Shown: one piece after another, positions 57,963 through 64,000 of the stretch
Position numbering within the stretch: the stretch's first letter is position 1
How the letters are laid out: the number at the start of each line of letters is the position of its first letter
Assembly (NCBI GenBank): GCA_003598025.1
Contig: QZKH01000006.1
Coordinates: 108,035 to 172,034 of the forward strand
Reading direction: 5' to 3'
DNA length: 64,000 nt
From: Candidatus Omnitrophota bacterium
GTDB lineage: Bacteria > Omnitrophota > Gorgyraeia > Gygaellales > Profunditerraquicolaceae
Made by a program: the position numbers and the translations under genes
Notes under the pieces: model-generated
Seen by the model: only the letters and a program-made list of their open reading frames with translations
Databases searched by the model: none
What the model was told of the DNA's origin: nothing

Positions 57963-58760
57963 TTATTCAAATTTAAAACTATTTAGTTTATTTTCTACCT
58001 CTTCCGCCGCTTGGACATTACCTTCTTTCAAAAATAACTCTTTAGCCTTTATAAAACTGTTTCTTGCCTTGTCATATTCCTGAAAATACAAATATACGCC
58101 TCCTAGTCCAGAGTGTGCTAATGCAAAATTAGGATCTAATCTGACAGCCTCACTGAAAGAATCTTTTACCTTTTGAGGGTTAGAAAGATAATTATATACC
58201 ATGCCAATATCAAAATATAGTTTCGCATTCTCAGGCTCTATCTCAGTAGCCTTATTATAATAAAATAAGCTTTTTTGATAGTCTTGTAATTCATCATAAA
58301 GTTTGCCAAGAGCAATATATGGCTCAGAAGAATTAGGGCTTAATTTAAGAGCAGTTTCAAAGTTATCCTTCGCCTCATCATATCTCCTCAGCACAGCATA
58401 AACAACACCCAGATTTTGATAGCCCTCAAAAGATTGCGGTTCAATATCAATTAAATCACGAAACTCTTTTATAGCCTCTTCATATTTTCCCTCTGCAAAA
58501 TACCTTTTTCCTTCAGCAATATGTTTGCCCTTCGGAGAAGTATAGAATAATTCTGTTGCGGATCCTCCATCAATTCTGTTAATCTCATCAAAATAATAAG
58601 TGACTTCTATATCGTAACCTATATTGATCTTGACGCTTTCATTAGTTCTTTCTATTATTTTGCCTTCGATAGTCTTTCCTGAATTTAAAATAATAGTTTC
58701 AGCAAAAACATTATTCATCAAAATCAATACAAGCGTAACTAAAATAACCAATACTTTCAT
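57963..58760 (-). CDS. secreted TPR-repeat protein
   Basis: Signal peptide MKVLVILVTLVLILMNNVFA plus multiple TPR motifs. Confidence 0.7.
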   Translation of the reverse strand: MKVLVILVTLVLILMNNVFAETIILNSGKTIEGKIIERTNESVKINIGYDIEVTYYFDEINRIDGGSATELFYTSPKGKHIAEGKRYFAEGKYEEAIKEFRDLIDIEPQSFEGYQNLGVVYAVLRRYDEAKDNFETALKLSPNSSEPYIALGKLYDELQDYQKSLFYYNKATEIEPENAKLYFDIGMVYNYLSNPQKVKDSFSEAVRLDPNFALAHSGLGGVYLYFQEYDKARNSFIKAKELFLKEGNVQAAEEVENKLNSFKFE

Positions 58761-58871
58761 TTCTTATTTTTATTGCTATTATTAATCAAAATTATAGAGA
58801 ATCCTCCAAGGTTTATTATAACACAGAGCATCAAAAAATCCAGCCTCTCTCGTGGGAGACAGAAAGCAAAA

Positions 58872-58897
58872 AGCCCAGCAAAAATATGCTGGGCTTT
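58872..58897 (+). terminator. terminator-like hairpin repeat (second copy)
   Basis: aagcccagca-aaaatat-gctgggctttt is ~85% identical to the 57388 hairpin including its flanks. Confidence 0.4.
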
Positions 58898-59024
58898 TCA
58901 AATTGGCTCCCCCTCTCGGCGCCGAACTTCGTTCGGCACTCCCTCACTTGCCTATGGCAAGTTCGGTCGCTCAACCTGTGCCTTTGGCACAGGTTCTTTG
59001 TATCACGCAGAGAAATAAATAAAA

Positions 59025-59058
59025 TAGCCTCCGGTTTTACCGGAGGCTATTTTATTTA
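59025..59058 (-). terminator. rho-independent terminator downstream of tRNA-Asn (minus strand)
   Basis: Perfect 10-bp stem tagcctccgg/ccggaggcta with T-runs on both strands. Confidence 0.55.
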
Positions 59059-59059
59059 A

Positions 59060-59323
59060 CTCCCCCTCGAGGACTCGAACCTCGGACCTGGTGGTTACAC
59101 TTAACCCGAAATTACTTCCGGAAGTGGACTATCTCATCTCCATAGCACTTGCAGTAGGAGGCGGGTATATAGTCTCTGCACATTTACTTACGTATTACCG
59201 TAAGATTTAGCTCAGGATTTCCCAAAATGGGATTCCCTGAATTAGCCCGCTTTTTCAACCACGGTTTCCCGTAGAAGCTGCCCTATTGACAGCCACTCGC
59301 TCTACCGACTGAGCTAAGGGGGA
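59060..59323 (-). tRNA. tRNA-Asn(GUU) interrupted by a group I intron (exons 59289-59323 and 59060-59097)
   Basis: Minus-strand exons join to TCCCCCTTAGCTCAGTCGGTAGAGCGAGTGGCTGT+TAACCACCAGGTCCGAGGTTCGAGTCCTCGAGGGGGAG. This gives U1-A72, anticodon loop CUGUUAA, G73 and T-loop TTCGAGT, as in bacterial tRNA-Asn. Confidence 0.7.
59098..59288 (-). ncRNA. group I self-splicing intron (191 nt) in the anticodon loop, between positions 35 and 36
   Basis: The 5' exon ends in U and pairs (GGCUGU with GCAGCU, U-G wobble at the splice site) with an internal guide. Core elements P (UCAGGGAA), Q (AAUCCUGA), R (GCAGAGACUAUA) and S (GAGAUAGUCC) are present. The intron ends in G. Confidence 0.65.
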
Positions 59324-59335
59324 ATAGTATCAAAT

Positions 59336-59363
59336 ATTTTACATGAAATAATCTCTCAGTCAA
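59336..59363 (-). promoter_or_regulatory. promoter for the intron-containing tRNA-Asn (TTGACT-16-TAAAAT on minus strand)
   Basis: -35 at 59358-59363 and -10 at 59336-59341 (plus-strand coordinates), about 13 nt upstream of the tRNA 5' end. Confidence 0.4.
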
Positions 59364-59730
59364 TACTATTTCTAGTAAGTGGTAGCCGTCTCATGTTGCG
59401 CCACTCCGCAGTCATCTACTGGCTGTAGGGATTCAAATATTTATTGATTAATCTTTTGGAAGGATTTAATTAATTGAAAAGCATACGCATTCTATATAGG
59501 GGCGGGACACTTCCTATGTATTCCATTATGGACCATAAGGATAGAAGGAAACGGTCCTCAGGATTCCAAGGCGCGGATCCGTTTCTCAATGCCCGGCATA
59601 TTTTTGCTGGGCTTTTTATTTTTGGTTTTACGGTAAGAAGTTTGATTTATTGACACCCTGTGTAAAATGCATTATAAATCGTCTTTATTTAAAGCGTTTA
59701 ATTTACAGAACATTAAATAGGGGGTAAAAG

Positions 59731-60114
59731 ATGAAAATAAGATGGAAAGTAGTTCTTTTTATCCTAGTTTTCTTAGTTATTATGTTTCGTGGGTGTTTTT
59801 CTTCTTATGAAGCCGCAACAAAAAGTGATGATAAGGTTGTAGCTGCTATCCAGTCTGAATTAGACAAAGGCCGTTCTCCGGAAGAAATAAAAGTTTATTT
59901 AGAGAAAAACAAAAGAGTTTTGGATATCAGTGAAGTAGAATTTGGCGTATACGATGATAGTAATCCCAACAGGCCGCTCAGAAAGAAAAAGGTCCTTACA
60001 ATTTATTCAACAATATTTTCTTGGGCAGCATTCAGTAAAGGCAGGCAGGGAGCAATGAATGTTGCTATTGATGAGGATAATAAGATCAAGAGTGTTTATT
60101 GGGTACCGATGTAA
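59731..60114 (+). CDS. hypothetical secreted protein
   Basis: N-terminal hydrophobic signal, gggggtaaaag RBS, terminator hairpin downstream (~60207-60240). Confidence 0.5.
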   Translation: MKIRWKVVLFILVFLVIMFRGCFSSYEAATKSDDKVVAAIQSELDKGRSPEEIKVYLEKNKRVLDISEVEFGVYDDSNPNRPLRKKKVLTIYSTIFSWAAFSKGRQGAMNVAIDEDNKIKSVYWVPM

Positions 60115-60321
60115 AACAGGCAATTAGATTAAGGTTTTTTACGGTCCTTTATGTCAAATATAATAGAAAAGGTTCGTTGGTTTTTTAGGTGAGAGGCCAG
60201 TTTCAAAAGCCCGACATTGATTTGTTGGGCTTTTTTGTTGCCTAATGATCACCTTCGACTTAACTTGCTTTATTAACCTCTCGTGGTAAAATAGATTAAC
60301 ATATCAGGTTTTCCGTATTTC

Positions 60322-60431
60322 TTATACGTTCGCGCTTACAAAACCGCACCTTGGAAGGTACGGATGGAGTGTGTACGCTCAGTATTTCGCTCCAAGAAAC
60401 CTCAGACTTTAGCCTAATGAGCTTCATTTGT
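60322..60431 (+). promoter_or_regulatory. conserved ~110-nt 5' leader element, copy 1
   Basis: Near-identical to 62267-62376, including a fully identical 42-nt core GGATGGAGTGTGTACGCTCAGTATTTCGCTCCAAGAAACCTC. Ends ~25 nt before the GT2 gene ATG. Confidence 0.4.
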
Positions 60432-60455
60432 TTTGCCAACGATTAAAGGATCCTT

Positions 60456-61226
60456 ATGAAAGAAAATCTATCCGTAGTCATTTTAGTCAAGAATGAAGAG
60501 CAAAGAATAGCTAAATGCCTTGATTCTGTGAGATGGGCTGACGAGATCATTGTGGTCGATGATGAAAGCACTGACAGGACAGTTGAAATCGCCCGTCAAT
60601 ATACATCAAAAGTATTTACTGACAAAAAAAAGGATATTGAAGGCAGGCATAGGAATTGGTCATATAGCCTGGCAAGAAATACCTGGGTTTTGAGCCTGGA
60701 TGCAGACGAAATAGTCACTCCGGAATTGAAAGAAGAGATAATACAGGCCATAAGGAGTAACCCTGTTGAAAACGGTTTTACCATTCCGCGCAGAAACTAC
60801 ATAGGTAATTATTGGGTCCGTCACGGAGGTTGGTACCCCAGCCCGCAGTTAAAACTCTTTAAAAGAGATAAATTCAAACATGAAGAAGTGGAGATACATG
60901 GGCGTGCTTTTATGGATGGCCCTTGCGGCCATTTGAAATACGACATTATCCACTATTCATACCGAGATATTGAAGATCTTATCCGGAAACTCAACAATCA
61001 GACAACCTGGGAAGCTCAAAAATGGCATAGATTACATAAGCCTATGCGTTTCGGAAGGTTCTTCTACAGGAGTATTGACAGATTTATCAGGACATACATT
61101 GCCAAAAAAGGCTATAAAGACGGCTTCATGGGGTTTGTGGTTGCCTTTAACGGAGCTTTATACCAGATCGTCAGTTATTTAAAATACCGGGAAATTATAT
61201 TAAATGAAAAAGAAAAAAATAAATAG
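60456..61226 (+). CDS. family 2 glycosyltransferase
   Basis: SVVILVKNEE...VVDDESTD...LDADE GT2 motifs. Confidence 0.8.
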   Translation: MKENLSVVILVKNEEQRIAKCLDSVRWADEIIVVDDESTDRTVEIARQYTSKVFTDKKKDIEGRHRNWSYSLARNTWVLSLDADEIVTPELKEEIIQAIRSNPVENGFTIPRRNYIGNYWVRHGGWYPSPQLKLFKRDKFKHEEVEIHGRAFMDGPCGHLKYDIIHYSYRDIEDLIRKLNNQTTWEAQKWHRLHKPMRFGRFFYRSIDRFIRTYIAKKGYKDGFMGFVVAFNGALYQIVSYLKYREIILNEKEKNK

Positions 61227-61677
61227 CCAGAGCCCTAATTTCATAAAGGAAGTATCAGGGGTTTTAATATTAATGATATGTTTGTGCGCTCCGGTTTTTG
61301 CCTTTGCTGAAACAATTAATTTAAAATCCGGGCAAAGATTAGAAAATGTAAAAATAACGGAAAAGACTGAAGAGTATGTCAAAGTTTATAATTATAGTAT
61401 TCTTGACGACGGCCAAGATGCAGGTTTTGTCATTACTTACAAAACAAGTGAAATCGACAGCATAGAGCCGGATAAAAGCTATAGAAAACATTCTGTGGTA
61501 TTAAATAAGATAGTCCTCAAATCTGGCGATGTAAAAATGGGGGTAATAGCAGATGCGAATCAAGATAATATAAAATTAGAAGATGCCGAAGGCTCCTCAA
61601 TGATTTATCCTTGGGATGATATTGATACTATAGATGGCAGGCAAGCAGGAGATTTAAAATCCAGTTTAAAACTTTAA
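61204..61677 (+). CDS. hypothetical secreted protein
   Basis: Lys-rich N-terminus plus signal peptide (LILMICLCAPVFAFA). Confidence 0.5.
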   Translation: MKKKKINSQSPNFIKEVSGVLILMICLCAPVFAFAETINLKSGQRLENVKITEKTEEYVKVYNYSILDDGQDAGFVITYKTSEIDSIEPDKSYRKHSVVLNKIVLKSGDVKMGVIADANQDNIKLEDAEGSSMIYPWDDIDTIDGRQAGDLKSSLKL

Positions 61678-61693
61678 ATCCAATAAATCCGCC

Positions 61694-62176
61694 ATGGCAA
61701 AAAAGCTCCAATTTATTATGGTATGGTTCCTCCCGCTTATTGTAATAGGCGGGTTTTTTTATCCATTACTGGGATACCTGGTAGTAGCGATGATGGCTTT
61801 CTTTTTAACGCTGTCGTTTTTTAAAGGCCGGTATTGGTGCTGGCACCTTTGCCCCAGGGGAGCCTTTTTAGATATTATTATCTCAAAACTTAGCTTCAAT
61901 AGGCCGTTACCAGGGATTTTTCTCAAGCAATGGTTCCGCTGGCTTATATTTTTCTTGTTTCTCAGTTTTTTAGCATTCCGTGTAACCAAGGCAGGCGCAA
62001 GCTTAATTGCTATAGGGATAATCTTCATTATAACTTGCCTAGTTACAACAATTATCTCGGTCATATTAGGTATTTCACTAAAACACAGAAGTTGGTGCGC
62101 TATTTGCCCAATGGGGACTCTCCAGGAAAAGATCGGCAAAATACATCAGTTCAAAGTAAAGAGCCAGCCTAAATAA
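61694..62176 (+). CDS. small polytopic membrane protein with two CxxCP motifs (NapH/MauN-type Fer4_5-like)
   Basis: CWHLCPRGAF and WCAICPMGTL motifs between TM helices. Confidence 0.5.
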   Translation: MAKKLQFIMVWFLPLIVIGGFFYPLLGYLVVAMMAFFLTLSFFKGRYWCWHLCPRGAFLDIIISKLSFNRPLPGIFLKQWFRWLIFFLFLSFLAFRVTKAGASLIAIGIIFIITCLVTTIISVILGISLKHRSWCAICPMGTLQEKIGKIHQFKVKSQPK

Positions 62177-62266
62177 TGAAACCAGCACCTCGTTTGATCT
62201 TTCAGCTTTCTTAATTCCACTTGTTTATAAAACTTTAATGATTATAATATAAATAAAAGGGAAAAT

Positions 62267-62376
62267 TTATACGTTCGCGGCCACAAACCCGCACCTTTCA
62301 AGTTGCGGATGGAGTGTGTACGCTCAGTATTTCGCTCCAAGAAACCTCGGGCTTTAACCCAAGGAGCTTCATTTGT
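62267..62376 (+). promoter_or_regulatory. conserved ~110-nt 5' leader element, copy 2
   Basis: See copy 1. Ends ~47 nt before the B12-binding radical SAM ATG. Confidence 0.4.
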
Positions 62377-62423
62377 AATCCTTTGTTTATCAGGTAGTTA
62401 GATAGGGACGATTTTAATCAATC

Positions 62424-63749
62424 ATGAAGATAGCTCTTGTTAATCTATTTTATAAACACGCAATGCCATGTCCTCCGCATGGAATCTTAAGCTTGATCAG
62501 TTTTTTAAATAAAGAATTTGGGGACAAAATAAAAGTCAGGTATTTTGATGAGTTGCCCGGGGTGGATATTAAAAAGGCGGTTATGGGGTTTAACCCCGAG
62601 TTTATAGGGATATCTTCTTTTACTCGTACCATAAACAGGGCCTATGAACTGGCGGATTATTTTAGAAAAAAGACTGATAGTATTGTGGCGTTGGGAGGGT
62701 TGCATCCTAGCATTCTGCCAGAAGAGAGCGCAAAATATGCAGATTATGTTATTGTGGGTGAGGGTGAAAAGGGGCTGGCAAGTTTAATTGGGAGTATCCT
62801 GGAAGGGAAGAGGCATCCTGGGCAACTGATATTCTCTGAGGCAATAGAGAACTTAGATTCTTTGCCGCAGTTTCCCTGGGATGTGCTAGACAGAGATTAC
62901 TATTCAGAAAGTAGCCAGTATACAATGGAGCATTTTGGCCTTCAGAAGAGCGATAAATACGTTGCTCTTTTGACTTCCCGGGGGTGCCCTTATAGGTGTA
63001 TGTTTTGTTATTCAAGTAAATCGCCCACAAGAGTACGCTATTTTTCTTCAGAGAGGATAATATCTGATATCGAATATTTCCTGGAAGAGTGGAAAGTGAA
63101 TTATTTCATTTTTAGTGATGATGATTTTTTATCTAATAAGGAAAGATTAAACCAATTCTGCAAATTAATTGATAAGAAAGGGCTGCAATTTAAATGGGGT
63201 TGCCAGGCTAACGTGGATAGCGTTGAGCCCGAAACATTAAGATTGATAAAGCAGCATGGGTGTGAAATCATTGCCTATGGGTTTGAGAGTGGTTCCCAAA
63301 AAATATTAAATTTCTTAAAAGGCAGAAGGGCAGATATCAGAGATAACAAATACGCTATTCATATTACTAAAAAAGCAGGCATTAAGGTATTTGGTTATAT
63401 AATGCTTGGTGTCCCTACCGAAACGCTCATGGATCTTTTTAAGACATTTTATTTTACACTGTTTAGCCCAATTGATATTATATCGCCAGGCAGGATCGTA
63501 GTCTATCCCGGAACAAAACTATGGGATTGGTGCGTTGAGAAAAATATTTTTAATGAGTCCGAGATTGACTTCACTAAGCCTTATAAGTATATTTATTTAA
63601 ATAATAAATATGTCCCTGAGAAATTCTTTGGGATGTTATATTATGGATTTCATAGGTTGGCAATTCCGGTTAAATGTCTGCTGCAGAGGAAGTTTGTTTT
63701 TGCTAAAACTTGGCGCACGGTCATAAATAAAGATAGAAAGAAAGAATAA
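62424..63749 (+). CDS. B12-binding domain radical SAM protein
   Basis: N-terminal B12-binding-like region then CPYRCMFC radical SAM motif. Confidence 0.8.
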   Translation: MKIALVNLFYKHAMPCPPHGILSLISFLNKEFGDKIKVRYFDELPGVDIKKAVMGFNPEFIGISSFTRTINRAYELADYFRKKTDSIVALGGLHPSILPEESAKYADYVIVGEGEKGLASLIGSILEGKRHPGQLIFSEAIENLDSLPQFPWDVLDRDYYSESSQYTMEHFGLQKSDKYVALLTSRGCPYRCMFCYSSKSPTRVRYFSSERIISDIEYFLEEWKVNYFIFSDDDFLSNKERLNQFCKLIDKKGLQFKWGCQANVDSVEPETLRLIKQHGCEIIAYGFESGSQKILNFLKGRRADIRDNKYAIHITKKAGIKVFGYIMLGVPTETLMDLFKTFYFTLFSPIDIISPGRIVVYPGTKLWDWCVEKNIFNESEIDFTKPYKYIYLNNKYVPEKFFGMLYYGFHRLAIPVKCLLQRKFVFAKTWRTVINKDRKKE

Positions 63750-63798
63750 AGATAATTAGTTTATTGTTTTTGCGTAGGCCAATTTAATAGGAGAGAGG

Positions 63799-64000
63799 AT
63801 GGAGCACGTTATTCACGAGGAGAGGCGGCTAAGTTTTTTTGAAAGGTATCTTACCGGATGGGTTATCCTTTGTATCGGGCTCGGGATAGCACTCGGTAAA
63901 TTATTCCCGCAGGTATCAATTAAGCTTGACCAATTCTCTATTTTTCAGGTTTCTATACCTATCGCCGTGTGCCTGTTTTTTATGATGTATCCGATCATGG
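63799..64000 (+). CDS. ACR3-family arsenite efflux transporter (3' truncated at window edge)
   Basis: [37 protein letters not shown] matches the ACR3 N-terminus. aggagagagg RBS. Confidence 0.6.
   Translation, partial: MEHVIHEERRLSFFERYLTGWVILCIGLGIALGKLFPQVSIKLDQFSIFQVSIPIAVCLFFMMYPIM

Noticed and set aside
58773-59018. 81-aa + ORF in the hairpin-rich spacer upstream of the TPR gene
   Set aside because: Composed of successive palindromes (gccgaacttcgttcggc, ttgcctatggcaa, tgtgcctttggcaca). Arg/Ser-rich translation. No RBS. More likely structured non-coding DNA.
60364-60417. Possible leader peptide (MECVRSVFRSKKP...) inside the duplicated 5' leader
   Set aside because: The two copies would encode 17 versus 30 aa because they diverge after the conserved core. 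No RBS precedes the ATG. Conservation pattern fits RNA rather than peptide.
62267-62376. Cobalamin riboswitch upstream of the B12-binding radical SAM gene
   Set aside because: No B12 box (AGYCMGGAGACCKGCC-like) or GCCACTG element can be found. The same leader also precedes a GT2 operon.

Overview
Low-GC bacterial chromosome window (diderm: BamA, Skp and LpxD/C/A/I are present), almost all genes on the + strand. The first ~18.5 kb is a conserved housekeeping block: split transketolase, ispE, spoVG, glmU, prs, rplY, pth, rpsF-ssb-rpsR-rplI, dnaB, bamA-skp-lpxD-lpxC/fabZ-lpxA-lpxI. It ends at tRNA-Arg(TCG). A ~4.4 kb compositionally mosaic accessory segment follows (18.6-22.9 kb): a minus-strand GIY-YIG-like small gene, an XRE/ImmA regulator pair, three unannotatable proteins and a truncated XRE pseudogene. 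It is bounded by tRNA-Lys(CTT) with 5' and 3' tRNA-fragment repeats (att-like scars) and followed by a HigB/HigA-like TA pair. Downstream: archease-rtcB, serS, four tRNA-Ser isoacceptors with a shared 3'-flank hairpin family, and a complete Rex-regulated bifurcating [FeFe]-hydrogenase locus (rex, sensor kinase, fdx, hydB, hydA, hydC, hydG, hydE, hydF, REC). The HydA H-cluster motifs are non-canonical. Further downstream: mscS, two adjacent trehalose synthesis routes (otsAB plus treT), tRNA-Arg(ACG) with flanking tRNA fragments immediately followed by tadA, a GIY-YIG pseudogene, dnaX-recR, and an ABC-F ATPase. The most striking single feature is a minus-strand tRNA-Asn(GUU) interrupted in the anticodon loop by a 191-nt group I intron with recognisable P, Q, R and S core elements. 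There is also a ~110-nt leader element duplicated upstream of two envelope-related operons, and several dispersed hairpin repeat families. No CRISPR array, rRNA or integrase gene is present.
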